Source of the DNA: Polyangiaceae bacterium
Lineage (GTDB): Bacteria; Myxococcota_A; Polyangia; Polyangiales; Polyangiaceae
Assembly (NCBI GenBank): GCA_044376115.1
Contig: JBILLK010000014.1
Span: forward strand, 1-64,000
Length of the DNA: 64,000 nt
Reading direction: 5' to 3'
Numbering within the stretch: position 1 is the stretch's first letter; every line of letters begins with the position of its first letter. Below, in pieces: positions 29,996 through 40,340 of the stretch. The notes beneath the pieces were generated by a model, which saw only the letters and a program-made list of their open reading frames with translations, was not told the DNA's origin and did not search any database. A program made the translations under genes and the position numbers.

Positions 29996-30418
29996 TCAAA
30001 CAGGGACTGGCCCTGCCCAGAAACCAGCGAAGCGCAGGGCCCAGAACACCACCATGATCAGCGCGATCGGCACAGCAACACGTTCCGCCACGCGGCGCAG
30101 CTTCAAGGGCAAACGCGGCGACCCGAGCGACCAATAGCGAAAGCCCGCAACCAGCAACAGCGAAGCCAGCAACGGCGAAACGAGAAAGGCGAAGGGCTGC
30201 AACGCGAAAGCAAGGCTCAGGTTGCCGCGTAGGATCTCCAGCGTGGCTCGCGTGAGCCCGCAACCGGGGCAAGGGCAACCGGTGAGACGAGCCACGGGAC
30301 AGAGCGGCACCCGTGACCCAATCAACAAGACGGCCGCACCAACCACGCCAAGGAGCGTTGCCGAGCGGCCGACACGAGACGACCATCGCCCGCCCGATTG
30401 GACGGGAGATTGCGCCAC
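29996..30418 (-). CDS. DUF2752 membrane protein
   Basis: CPVARLTGCPCPGCGLTRA motif. Confidence 0.85.
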   Translation of the reverse strand: MAQSPVQSGGRWSSRVGRSATLLGVVGAAVLLIGSRVPLCPVARLTGCPCPGCGLTRATLEILRGNLSLAFALQPFAFLVSPLLASLLLVAGFRYWSLGSPRLPLKLRRVAERVAVPIALIMVVFWALRFAGFWAGPVPV

Positions 30419-30419
30419 T

Positions 30420-30716
30420 TCAGTTAACTTCGTTGAACGCGTTGACGACGATGAAAGGAACGGCCGGTCCGAAGAACAACGACACGCCCATCACGAGCCC
30501 AGCGGAAACCTTGCCTCCGGTGACGTGCTGAACTCCCTGCGCCCACTTCCAAATCCAGAGGATGTTGAGAATCGGGATCAGCAGGTGCCAGCCCGGCGGA
30601 ATCTGCGCACCGCGCGTGTTCATCTCATCTTTCGTGCTCAGCATCCAGATCAGGCTGTAGAGACCGCAGGTCACGCAGCTGAGCAGAAAGACCGTTACCG
30701 CGCTTCGCTTTGTCAT
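30420..30716 (-). CDS. DUF4234-like small membrane protein
   Basis: RSAVTVFLLSCVTCGLYSLIW...EMN. SD AAGGAAG upstream. Confidence 0.75.
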   Translation of the reverse strand: MTKRSAVTVFLLSCVTCGLYSLIWMLSTKDEMNTRGAQIPPGWHLLIPILNILWIWKWAQGVQHVTGGKVSAGLVMGVSLFFGPAVPFIVVNAFNEVN

Positions 30717-30907
30717 TTGTTCTTCCTTGTGCAGCCACCTTCTCAGAAGGCAGCGGGCCGTTACCAGAAGGACGCAACCAGCAAGCGTCCTCGTTTCGCG
30801 GGAGGCTACGAACACGGAGCCAACACCGTCAACTGGCTGCGTGCTACGAAAGTGAAGCGCGGTTATTCCCCCACGACTTGATTCGCCCGCTCAGAAGGCC
30901 CAATCGC

Positions 30908-31909
30908 TCAAAAGCAACGGGTTGCGACCGCATCAACGACCCCTTGCGCACCTCCGTCCACCTTGACATGCACCAGGGTGGGAGTAATGGCCACGACCTC
31001 CACGGAGCCGACAGTCCAAGGGGCGGCCTCACTGCTGCACAGAGCACCGCTCGCCGTGGTTAGCTCGCTCACGCTGACACTGTCTCCGATAGCGAACGTG
31101 CCGGGGAATTGATTGTCGATACCCAAGACAACTTCGAGCGTGGCGCGCGTGTCGCTGCACTCACCCAAGCGCGCCAAGGGGTCTGCACACAACGCACCTT
31201 CCGCGGGCTCGCTACGGTCGATGAAGAGATGCAGAGGCTCGGTGATGGGCTCTGGTGCGGCATCGCCGCCGCCCGCCCCAGAGCCACCGGCGATCCGCGC
31301 CGCATAGAGCGAGTCCAACTGGCTCTGATTCAACGCGACGGCTTGTTGTGGCAGGTCTGGGTTCTGACAACGCGGGACGAGCTTTGATCCCTCGAGCTCA
31401 GAGATGCTCGGTGAGATCTCAGTGAAGCGGACTTCGACAGAAAACTCGTCGATGGCGACCACCTCGAGATTGCCTAGCAGCACGCCCTCCACACAACCCT
31501 CGTCCGTTCCTGTCGTCGAGATAATGGTGGGCCCAGCTCCAAGCTCTTCAAGTTGATCGAGCGCGACCACGGCTCCAGCGTATTGGAGAGCAGGAGGCAA
31601 AGGCACCTCGACCTCCCAAGCACCCGCCACCGAACACGAAAACTCGCTGACCCAGGGCTCTGCGCAAAATCCTTCACCGCTCGATAGCTTGATCAACAGC
31701 GTGCCGGAAGGCGCTGCTCCCGAGCGGGTTGCAACGCTCTCCCACGGGGTCGCGACTCCGGAAAAAACGGCGGGGTTGCAATCTTCGCCGCAACACTCGT
31801 CCACACAGCAATCTGCGCTCTCGCAGATATCAGGGTCACACCCTGGCGCTGCGAAAGCCATCAAGGTTGCGAAGCCAAGAGAACCGATTGCACGCATCGA
31901 GTTGGTCAC
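30908..31909 (-). CDS. Hypothetical Cys-rich lipoprotein with an internally duplicated domain
   Basis: Lipobox APGC and a CESADCCVDECCGEDC stretch. Two repeats: CAEP...GNLEVVAID...PRC and CADP...GSVEVVAIT...TRC. Confidence 0.65.
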   Translation of the reverse strand: MTNSMRAIGSLGFATLMAFAAPGCDPDICESADCCVDECCGEDCNPAVFSGVATPWESVATRSGAAPSGTLLIKLSSGEGFCAEPWVSEFSCSVAGAWEVEVPLPPALQYAGAVVALDQLEELGAGPTIISTTGTDEGCVEGVLLGNLEVVAIDEFSVEVRFTEISPSISELEGSKLVPRCQNPDLPQQAVALNQSQLDSLYAARIAGGSGAGGGDAAPEPITEPLHLFIDRSEPAEGALCADPLARLGECSDTRATLEVVLGIDNQFPGTFAIGDSVSVSELTTASGALCSSEAAPWTVGSVEVVAITPTLVHVKVDGGAQGVVDAVATRCF

Positions 31910-32024
31910 GAGCGACCCTACAGCAAACTCCTTGCCACAAAATCCAAGGCTTCATCCGTCGAGGATGGCCGGCGGATTCGCGTCAAACGTGTCCAATTGT
32001 GCCACCCTCATGGGCACCCGGGTC

Positions 32025-33050
32025 CTAGTCCCGGCGCAACACCGTGCCACCCCAGTCACGACCGGGAACCCCCACCACCACCTCCTGAACGGTGTGGTCG
32101 TTGTACGGCATAGGCAAATACAAGGCGTCGATGCGAAATCCGCCGGCTCCATTGCCGAACACGGCGCCGTGCCCGTATTGCGTTGGGTCGGCCGACCAGT
32201 CCACGAACACCGAGACGTCGCCCCCCGGAGTGACCTTGAACAGCTGCGACGACGAAAAGTTCGCAACGTAGAGGTTGCCGCATACGTCGGTGGCCACGCC
32301 ATCAATCCACACCTTTTCCTCGGAGAGCTCCGCAAACGGCAATAGCTCCGAGGTCGCGTTGAGATCCTCGTCCAACTCCACCACACGAATGTCGCCTGCC
32401 GATACCCCAGTCATACCGACGTATAGTTTTCGAAGGTCCGGACTGAAGTCGAATACGTGGGCGTACGCTCCGGAGGCCAGATCCGGAACGCCCACCACCG
32501 TTTGTGCCAAGCCAGTTATGCCGTTGAGTCGGCGAATCGCGGTGGCCTCAGCGAGGTAGATGCGACTGTCTGGTCCAATCCGCAGACCATACCCGTATAC
32601 CTCGGAGTTGATGGTGTATCGCTGAGCATCAGGCGTTATCCCTAAGACCCCTTCGGGCGCCGCCAAAATGAGGTGGCCCGAGCCATTGAAGGCGATCTGC
32701 TCGGCGAAGACGTTGGCCAAGTATGGAGACCAGGCACCGTCATACGTCGACCGAATCAAGTTGTTCGAAGAGTCGAGGCCAAACACCTCCCCGGACGGCG
32801 TAAAAGCCAAACCGTGATAGCCGCGGGGCCCCGAGAGCACCTTGACCGAACTGGGTGCATCCGGCGCTAACAGACAATCAAACGACCCGCCAGCACCTCC
32901 GCCCCCGGTGGTACTCGCGGCCGCCACACCCCCTTCACCGCCTAGCCCGCCGGCGCCACCACTCGGGACGCCGCCCTGGCCACCCGTTGTCGGTGGCTGA
33001 GAATCGGAGCAAGCAACGAGTGCCAGCCACAGCGCAAAGAGAGACCTCAC
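32025..33050 (-). CDS. SMP-30/gluconolactonase-like beta-propeller lipoprotein
   Basis: Lipobox LVAC after GTG 33050, a Gly linker, GLAFTPSG, GLRIGPDS and DGVATDVCGNLYVA. Confidence 0.7.
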   Translation of the reverse strand: MRSLFALWLALVACSDSQPPTTGGQGGVPSGGAGGLGGEGGVAAASTTGGGGAGGSFDCLLAPDAPSSVKVLSGPRGYHGLAFTPSGEVFGLDSSNNLIRSTYDGAWSPYLANVFAEQIAFNGSGHLILAAPEGVLGITPDAQRYTINSEVYGYGLRIGPDSRIYLAEATAIRRLNGITGLAQTVVGVPDLASGAYAHVFDFSPDLRKLYVGMTGVSAGDIRVVELDEDLNATSELLPFAELSEEKVWIDGVATDVCGNLYVANFSSSQLFKVTPGGDVSVFVDWSADPTQYGHGAVFGNGAGGFRIDALYLPMPYNDHTVQEVVVGVPGRDWGGTVLRRD

Positions 33051-33102
33051 GTCGCTAGGATGCACTGAGCGGGAGCCACCGCCAAGGCTGGGGCTTGAAA
33101 AG

Positions 33103-34581
33103 CTATCTCCCCGCCCGAACGCTGCTTGGATCGGCGTTCGTACCAACTGCGGCCGTAAGCAATACGCGAGCGCGGTGGTACTCGAACAAGGCGTCTACTT
33201 CACGGAGCCCGGCCTCGAGTGCGGTCTGCTCCCGCAGGTTGACGAACAACAAGCTCGAGTCACCAAGCTCAAACTTGTCTCGCTCCGCTTGCATCAGCAC
33301 CCGCGCAACGTCCACCTCTTCGTGCGCAATCGATACTCGCTTGCGACTGAACTCCACAGCGTTGGCGGCATCTCGCACATCCGTTGCAATCCTCTCGGCG
33401 GTGAAAGCAGACTGCGCTTCTGCTCGCGCGATTTGCGCCTCTGCCGCCTTGACCCGCCCATCAGCCACATTCCGCTCAATAGGAATGTCGACCAATAGCG
33501 AAAGCTCCAACTCGAACGGGCTTCGTTTGTCGGACCCTTCACCCAGATCTTGCGACCCCAACACAGTAAAATCGATCGCCGGTGCCCGTTGATTCCCCGC
33601 CCACTCGCGCTCCACGAGCGACTGATCGCGTTGCCCACGCAACCGACTCAACTCCGGCCTTCGCGCCAGCGCGTCGGAGATCGTCGCTTGTTCGGCAAAC
33701 ACTTCGGGAACCGGCTTGGGCAGGTTCGCTGGCAAGTCCTTGGCTGAAAGCACGATCGGCTGACCGTCCTTGCTTCGATAATAGAGAGATAACTCGAAGG
33801 CCGCCTGGGCGAGGCTGCGCTCGGCAGCAACGACCTGCTGCTTACGCTGCAGAATCACGCGTGAATTCTCGATCACCTCGACTTCGGGCAAATCTCCGGC
33901 CAGCGCACGCGCTCGAATGGCTAAGTCGCGTTCCTCGGCGATCGCCAACATCTCGCGAACCAACGTCAAGCGCCGGCCGGCCGCTGCCCACTCCCAATAC
34001 CGAAGAGCTGCCAACCGAGCGAGCTCAATCTGCCGCTCTGCGACGCTGAGCTCCGCGAATTGCGCACCGATCTCGGCGCGTTCGATGTTTGCGCGCCGCC
34101 GGTCGATCGGACCGTTGCGCCAAATCGGGAGAATGGCCCCCGCTCGCACCTCTCCAGCCTCGTTGGTTATCTGTTTACCATCATAATCGGCAAAGGAGTC
34201 ACTACCCCAGCGGTAGCCGCCAAACAGGGTCAATCCCCAATAAGGAGTGGGCACCTCAATCACTGTATCGATACGGCCAGAGGGGTAACCGCCAAGCGGG
34301 ATGACTGTCCCGCGTGTTCGCCATGCGACGTCAAACGCGCCTTCCGCGGATTGAAGATCGCCGTCAGCCATCCCTCGCTCGCGCGCGGCGGCGTCGAGCA
34401 ACGGGTGTCGCGCATCGAGCGTAGCAAGGACGTCCTCCCAAGTAACCGCGGGGCTCACTGTTTGCGCCGTAGCCGTCTCAACGACGGTTATCGGGGTATC
34501 CAATGCGGGGGCTTCCTGGGCGCGCGCCGTAAAAGTCACAGCGCCTACACAAGCTGTCGCGAGCACACTAACGAGCTTCAT
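33103..34581 (-). CDS. TolC-family outer membrane protein
   Basis: AEGAFD, PIWRNGPIDRRRA and AERDKFELGDSSLLFVNLREQ. TGATG coupling to the HlyD gene. Confidence 0.88.
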   Translation of the reverse strand: MKLVSVLATACVGAVTFTARAQEAPALDTPITVVETATAQTVSPAVTWEDVLATLDARHPLLDAAARERGMADGDLQSAEGAFDVAWRTRGTVIPLGGYPSGRIDTVIEVPTPYWGLTLFGGYRWGSDSFADYDGKQITNEAGEVRAGAILPIWRNGPIDRRRANIERAEIGAQFAELSVAERQIELARLAALRYWEWAAAGRRLTLVREMLAIAEERDLAIRARALAGDLPEVEVIENSRVILQRKQQVVAAERSLAQAAFELSLYYRSKDGQPIVLSAKDLPANLPKPVPEVFAEQATISDALARRPELSRLRGQRDQSLVEREWAGNQRAPAIDFTVLGSQDLGEGSDKRSPFELELSLLVDIPIERNVADGRVKAAEAQIARAEAQSAFTAERIATDVRDAANAVEFSRKRVSIAHEEVDVARVLMQAERDKFELGDSSLLFVNLREQTALEAGLREVDALFEYHRARVLLTAAVGTNADPSSVRAGR

Positions 34582-35921
34582 CACTTCTTCGTATCCCCGC
34601 TTTTCTTTCCGCCCGTTGCATAGGCTTGAGTCGGTGGTTCGCTCAAGTTGGGCGGGAAGCCGTTGAACTGTCGCCAAAGCTCCCAACCAAGTGGGACCTC
34701 CTCCATCAGGATCCAGCCGTTGGCCCTAACGCCTTGGCGTAGGTAGGCCCCGCTCGGCCAAAGCTCGCCCTCTGTTGGCACGACCAACACTCGGAACTTC
34801 CCCTTGCCGTCGTCGGTTGCGTCAACCAGCGCTACTTCTCCCCCAAACGTTCCAACGGCAACCGAAGGCCAGCCCCCAAACTGCACCGCCGGCCACCCCT
34901 CGAACTGCAGGCGCACGCGTCGTCCCTCATGAACGAGCGGAACGTCGTTACCGTCGATCCAAAGCTCGACCGCTCGCGCGTCGGTATCGGGTACGAGCAC
35001 GGCGAGAGGGTCTCCCGACTTCACCTGCTCGCTACCCTGGTTAGCGACGAGCCGAAGCACCACGCCATCTCTTGGGGCGACGACGGCTTGGGTGCTCTGC
35101 CGCGCCAAGCGTACATCAATGCGCGATAGCTCCGCTTCAGCGTTGGCCTGCTCCGCCTTTGCTGAGGCTAGGTTGGCTTCAGCATCCTCGACCAGCGCTG
35201 AACCGTCTGAACGGACCTTTAGGCCATCGCTCTGAACTGCAAACACGTCACTCTCAGCCGCGCGCAAAGAGGCACGAGCTCGATCGAGATCGGTTAGCGC
35301 ACGCGCATGATCGAGTTGGGCCAACTCGAGACTGCGCCGGGAAGCGATGCCTTTGCTTTCGAGTTCGACCTGCCTTGCGATGTTAGCCGTCGCGACCTTC
35401 TCGGTCGCAAGAGATGCCTCTACGGCTTGTTCGGCAGCTAGCTCCCTTTGAACCGCCATCGCGATCCTCGAGTTGGCGGCATTGATGGCGCTCTCGCGTG
35501 ATGCTTTGAGTGCAGTCACCCGTTTCTCGATACTTCCCTGCCGACTTACTGCGGCGGCGATGCGAGACTCCACTGCGGTGCGCTCTGCCTGAAGGCGGGT
35601 AAGCATCAGCGGGTCATTGTCCGAAATATCAACGACAGGATCTCCCGCCGAAACTCGTGAGCCCTCGCGGACGTGCCAGCGCAGGATCCGGCCCTCGATT
35701 GGAGCCTCAATCAGCTGCTGTCGCTCGAGCGGCGCGTAGGCGACGACGCGGCCGGTACCAGTCGAGTTCTGAACCCAAGGGATGAACGCCAGCGCAAGGC
35801 CGGTCACCACCAGCAACAAGGACAAGATCCGCGCGAGTAGATGGGTGCTGGGGCGCGACCGCACCCGACGCATCGCAGAGGTTCGCTCTAAGTGGCTATC
35901 AGACTTGCTCACGGCACTCAT
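34581..35921 (-). CDS. HlyD-family membrane fusion protein
   Basis: PWVQNSTGTGRV, IEAPIEGRI, a coiled coil and VRLQFEGWPAVQFGGWP. Confidence 0.9.
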   Translation of the reverse strand: MSAVSKSDSHLERTSAMRRVRSRPSTHLLARILSLLLVVTGLALAFIPWVQNSTGTGRVVAYAPLERQQLIEAPIEGRILRWHVREGSRVSAGDPVVDISDNDPLMLTRLQAERTAVESRIAAAVSRQGSIEKRVTALKASRESAINAANSRIAMAVQRELAAEQAVEASLATEKVATANIARQVELESKGIASRRSLELAQLDHARALTDLDRARASLRAAESDVFAVQSDGLKVRSDGSALVEDAEANLASAKAEQANAEAELSRIDVRLARQSTQAVVAPRDGVVLRLVANQGSEQVKSGDPLAVLVPDTDARAVELWIDGNDVPLVHEGRRVRLQFEGWPAVQFGGWPSVAVGTFGGEVALVDATDDGKGKFRVLVVPTEGELWPSGAYLRQGVRANGWILMEEVPLGWELWRQFNGFPPNLSEPPTQAYATGGKKSGDTKK

Positions 35922-38035
35922 CGGAGCTCCTTGGGCGGGATCGTCGCGGTCGCTCGTCGTCCTATGACCTGTTGACGGTCACAGAAGCTCGCCACACTCT
36001 CGAGACCCGTCAGCACGAGCAACGTGGTCCTTCCTTTACACACTGTTTGCAAACACGCCTCCAAGTCGTGTAACGAGCCCTCCTCCAAACCGTCGAGTAA
36101 GCCGTCTATCACCAACAGGCGAGGCTTGCCGGAGAGCACGCGTGCGAGCATCAACCGCTGCGCCTGTCCCAACGAAAGTGGATTACCGCCCGCAAGGAGC
36201 CGCGTCCGCACCCCATTGGGCAGGCGGGCTACAGCATCGCTCAAGCCCACTGCGGCGAGCGCAGCGTGAACGTCCGACGGCGAGACATCGGGCCGCCAGA
36301 GAGCCACATTGTCGTAAAGCGTACCGTCGAAGATCTCCACGTCACGCACCAGTCCGATATGTCGGCGAAGCTCGTTCAAGCCGAGTTCTCGGACGTCCAC
36401 GCCATCCACGAGGATGGACCCGCGAGAGACCGTCCGGAGCCCAAAGATGATGTCAGCAAGGGCGCTCTTCCCAGCGCCATGATTGCCAAAGACTGCCACC
36501 CGTTCCCCTGGAGCGACCGAGATCGAAAAGTCGTCAAATACAGGTGCCCGACCCGCGTGGGCGAATCGAACCGAGGTCAGATCGAGTTTGGCTGGGCCTG
36601 AGAACGGGAGGCTGCGCGTCGAGCCCTCCCCTTCCAGAGGGAGGTCGGTGACGCTACCGATCTTCTCGAGCGAAGTACGCAAGTCATAGAAACTCTCGAG
36701 GTGTTTACCCAGCTTCGCCACGCCAGCAACGACGCTGGTCACCACTAGCTCAGCCGCGACGAGCTGTCCGACTGTCAATTGGCCCTCGAGAACCAGCAGG
36801 CCGCCTATAGCCAGTAGCGAAGCGCTGGCAACAGCCTGAAGCACGACCGCGCCGACAATCTGCCTAAATAATATTGCAAAATGCTCCCGGCGCATTGACA
36901 AGTAGCGCGAAGCGAGGTCGTCCGCCCTTTCGAGCGCGGCCTCTTGGTTCATGCGAAACGCAATCGGGCTCCGGGCAACGTCCTCCAGCCAGGCTACGAG
37001 CTCATACTTGGCCGCGGACTCTTCCAAGCTCGTCGGCACCGCCTTGCGCCCCATGCCCCAGACAATCGTGCCCACCGCGATGATGAGCACGAAGTCGAAC
37101 GCCAACAAGAACGGGTGATAAAACGCCAGTAGCACCATGCCGACGACCGCCTGGAGCACAAGCAGCGATCCGTCGAGCAAGAGTGAACTCACCGCCTTCT
37201 GCGCGGTGATCACGTCGAAGAAACGGTTGACCTTTTCGGGCGCGTGAACGCGATCGAAGGCGTCCACCTTGATACGTGGCAAGCGGTACGCAAACTCGGT
37301 CGCGGCACGAACAAAGAGCCGCTCCTGCACCCGCTCGACGACTCGGGCCTGCAGCGCGCGCATCAGCCCATTGAAGGCGAGGCAAGCCAGGACGAGCAGC
37401 GTCAACATGATCAGCGGCTGGACGAGGGCGCCAAACACCACCGTGTTGACCACAGCCTGAACCGCCACCGGCACTGCCAGCGCAGTGAGTCCGATGAACG
37501 ACGCATAAACGAGCACCGAGAGCAGGTCCTCGCGCTCCAGTCGCATCAACGACAGAAGCCGCTCGATTCCGCCATGACCGTGATGGCCGTGGTCATCGCC
37601 GCTGCTGCCTTCTCCACGGTGGGTCAACGGGAGCGCCAGCTCGGCCGCTGCGCAGCTCAGCGCCTCGCTGTCCGAGGCGACCCCAGCCTCCTGCTGAAAC
37701 TCACGCACGGACAGCCAGCGGCTCTCACCGTCCTCGGTCCAAACAGAAATCCGCTGAGCCCGCACGTCTCGCACGAGCAGCGGCCCTTGGCCTGACCGCT
37801 CCACGACAAGCGGAAGCTCATGGCCGGAAAGCCTGGCGATCGCGCCCGCAGAAAGAGAAAGTGGCACGATGCGCAGGCCCAACACCCCAGCGCGCTTTGC
37901 CAAAAGATCGATGGTTGTACTCTCGTCCTCCTCGATGGGTCGCCGGGAAACACTACGTAGTAGTTCAGGGTCAAGCTGATGGTGCAGCGGCGCAGCGAGA
38001 CTCTCAAACAAATACGGAAGCGAGTTGTCCTTCAT
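35918..38035 (-). CDS. T1SS-type ABC transporter (C39-like region, TM domain, NBD) with degenerate catalytic motifs
   Basis: Walker A GNHGAGKS, signature LSLGQ and Walker B LLVIDG (no Glu). No His at the switch (LVLTG). Confidence 0.85.
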   Translation of the reverse strand: MKDNSLPYLFESLAAPLHHQLDPELLRSVSRRPIEEDESTTIDLLAKRAGVLGLRIVPLSLSAGAIARLSGHELPLVVERSGQGPLLVRDVRAQRISVWTEDGESRWLSVREFQQEAGVASDSEALSCAAAELALPLTHRGEGSSGDDHGHHGHGGIERLLSLMRLEREDLLSVLVYASFIGLTALAVPVAVQAVVNTVVFGALVQPLIMLTLLVLACLAFNGLMRALQARVVERVQERLFVRAATEFAYRLPRIKVDAFDRVHAPEKVNRFFDVITAQKAVSSLLLDGSLLVLQAVVGMVLLAFYHPFLLAFDFVLIIAVGTIVWGMGRKAVPTSLEESAAKYELVAWLEDVARSPIAFRMNQEAALERADDLASRYLSMRREHFAILFRQIVGAVVLQAVASASLLAIGGLLVLEGQLTVGQLVAAELVVTSVVAGVAKLGKHLESFYDLRTSLEKIGSVTDLPLEGEGSTRSLPFSGPAKLDLTSVRFAHAGRAPVFDDFSISVAPGERVAVFGNHGAGKSALADIIFGLRTVSRGSILVDGVDVRELGLNELRRHIGLVRDVEIFDGTLYDNVALWRPDVSPSDVHAALAAVGLSDAVARLPNGVRTRLLAGGNPLSLGQAQRLMLARVLSGKPRLLVIDGLLDGLEEGSLHDLEACLQTVCKGRTTLLVLTGLESVASFCDRQQVIGRRATATIPPKELR

Positions 38036-38344
38036 TTATCCTTCGCGCAAGCGCCCTGTCTGATGACCACGCGGCGCACTCTAGCCCGAACCTGTCGGAG
38101 GCTTGAAGGTCATCACGCCGTGCGAGATGACCATTTGATTTTCTCGAATGGTGGATGCGTAGAGACCTTGTTGTGGTCCGCACTCGGGAATGTTCTCCAG
38201 GCCATGAAGAATCGCCTACCATACCGCATGCATCGTTCAAGGCGCCTGAGCAGCTCCGATATCTCGGCTCCCACAGAACCGCGCCAGGCCGGAACGCGCG
38301 CGCGTCCACTGCGAACCGCATGAGCCAATGCTACCTCTGACCGC

Positions 38345-40315
38345 ATGAGCCACCCGTTGGCTGCAAAGCGTCGGCTGAGACGGGAGCGTTCAACGGGCAA
38401 GGTTGGGCCTCGGTGTCGCTTGGGTTGGCTGAGCATGCTCGCCCCAACCCTCACCCTGCTAGCTCTTGACGTGCTGCTCCGGGGCCGAGCCATTCTAGAG
38501 TTTCGCTGGTTCGCCAACGCGAACTCCGTTGTGGAAAGGTTACGGGGCGCACACGCACTTTCGTATTCGCTCAGCCTGCTTCACAGCGCCTTGCTGTGGG
38601 GGTCGCTCTTGACCTTAGCGAGCTCACGGCGTGGCTCGCTACGCCACGTCTCCGGCATTGGCTTCGTAGCGCTGTTCGCGACCCTGTATGGCGCGCAGCT
38701 CGCCTTTCATACCCGTTGGCACACCTACCTGACGCGCGACGCAACCGAACTCAGCGCTCACCCGCTCTGGGCTGTCCTCGGCAGTCACCGCGGCCAGCCT
38801 GGTCGCCTGTGGCCGGTCGTGCTCGGGCTGGCGATTGCGACGCTCACCGTGGCGGTCGCTCGCAAGTTCGTCAGGCCGAACCGACGCGCTCGTCGACGGG
38901 CGGCAGTGACCCTGGGAGTTTCGCTGATCGGCGCGCTCCTTATCCCCGTTAGCTACCGCGATCACCAAGCCACATCCCCCGACCTCCTATGGCTGAATGC
39001 GGCAGCACGAGCCGCGAGCGGCCCCGAAGCAGAACGGAGTGGCATGTCGAGTGTGCAACTCCGTGCCCCTCGGGTAGTGCCAGCGCTCGACCCAGCCCCA
39101 GCTCGCCAGCGCAACGTTGTGCTCCTACTGCAGGAGAGTCAGCGCGCAGACGTTACCTGCATTGCCTATAATCCCAACTGCAAACTTGCAACACAAGCGA
39201 CCAACCTCGCGGTACCGCAGCGGCTGCCCCTGGAGAACGTTCGCTCCAACGCTAGCGTCACCACGATCGGCATGGGTGTGCTCTTGACTGGCCTACCTCC
39301 TACAGCGCCTGCTGCACAGATAGCCGGCGCTCCCAACCTATTTGAGTATGCCCACGCAGCAGGCTACGACACCGCCTACTTCACTTCACAACATCTCATT
39401 TTCGCCAATATGTGGTTAGCGGTCCAGGACATCCCTTCAGGGCGACTCTTGCTCGCGTCGCACTTGGACCCGAGCCCCGACATGTTCACCGGCGCGAGTG
39501 ACGCTGCGCTGTCCCAACGAGTGCAACAGGAACTACAATCTCTGCAGGAACCGTTCTTCGCCGTCGTGCATTTTTCTAACGTTCACGCGCCCCGCCGCTC
39601 GTTCGCGGAAGTCGGCCCTTTCCTTCCTGCGTCAGACAGCAAGGAGAACAAAGAGGCGTACTTTAATAACTACAAGAGCAGCGTCTACGAGTCGGACACA
39701 GCCGTAGCGGAGCTCATCCGAAGTATTCAAAGGACTCCCGCCGGCGCCCGCACCGTCTTGCTTTACACATCAGACCACGGGGAATCGATCTCGGAGCACG
39801 GCCAGGGCTGTGACCACGGATGTAGCCTTTTTGAGGAAGACGTCCGCGTTCCAGCCTGGGTCGACGCGCCCCTGGGGACTCTCTCGGCGAGCGAGCAAGA
39901 GAGCCTTGAGGCTGCACGCAACGAATACGTGTTTCATCTGGACTTCGCTCCAACCGTGCTCGACCTCCTTGGGCTTTGGGACCTGCCGGCCCTCGCGAAT
40001 GAACGACGAAACATGCCGGGGAGCCCCCTCACGCGCCCAGCGCCGCGAGATACCGTCGTCCCGCTCAGCAACGTCGCCCACTACTGGGAGCGAGGACTTC
40101 CTAGCTTTGGATTGATGCGCCGGAACCACAAGCTGATCGGTAGGCATAGAGACCCTGGCTACGCCTGCTACGACCTGGCGAGCGACCCATTGGAGACCAG
40201 CCCCACGAGCGACGACTGTGGAGGCTTGCTCGAGATGGCAAAGGGCCTATACCATGTTGCGCCTAGCGACTTTGACCGGCTGCAGAACCACCCGCAGTGG
40301 GGGATTGATCACTAA
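38345..40315 (+). CDS. Membrane-anchored sulfatase/alkaline-phosphatase-fold transferase (LtaS/EptA-like)
   Basis: Several N-terminal TM helices, VVLLLQESQRAD, SNASVTT (Thr at the nucleophile position), NVHAP and YTSDHGE. Confidence 0.75.
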   Translation: MSHPLAAKRRLRRERSTGKVGPRCRLGWLSMLAPTLTLLALDVLLRGRAILEFRWFANANSVVERLRGAHALSYSLSLLHSALLWGSLLTLASSRRGSLRHVSGIGFVALFATLYGAQLAFHTRWHTYLTRDATELSAHPLWAVLGSHRGQPGRLWPVVLGLAIATLTVAVARKFVRPNRRARRRAAVTLGVSLIGALLIPVSYRDHQATSPDLLWLNAAARAASGPEAERSGMSSVQLRAPRVVPALDPAPARQRNVVLLLQESQRADVTCIAYNPNCKLATQATNLAVPQRLPLENVRSNASVTTIGMGVLLTGLPPTAPAAQIAGAPNLFEYAHAAGYDTAYFTSQHLIFANMWLAVQDIPSGRLLLASHLDPSPDMFTGASDAALSQRVQQELQSLQEPFFAVVHFSNVHAPRRSFAEVGPFLPASDSKENKEAYFNNYKSSVYESDTAVAELIRSIQRTPAGARTVLLYTSDHGESISEHGQGCDHGCSLFEEDVRVPAWVDAPLGTLSASEQESLEAARNEYVFHLDFAPTVLDLLGLWDLPALANERRNMPGSPLTRPAPRDTVVPLSNVAHYWERGLPSFGLMRRNHKLIGRHRDPGYACYDLASDPLETSPTSDDCGGLLEMAKGLYHVAPSDFDRLQNHPQWGIDH

Positions 40316-40340
40316 GCCGAAATCGGGGCTAAAGCGACCC

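Noticed and set aside
17141..40315. FGE protein as maturase of the sulfatase-fold protein
   Set aside because: The 38345 protein lacks the (C/S)xPxR motif and has Thr at the nucleophile position. The genes are also 20 kb apart.
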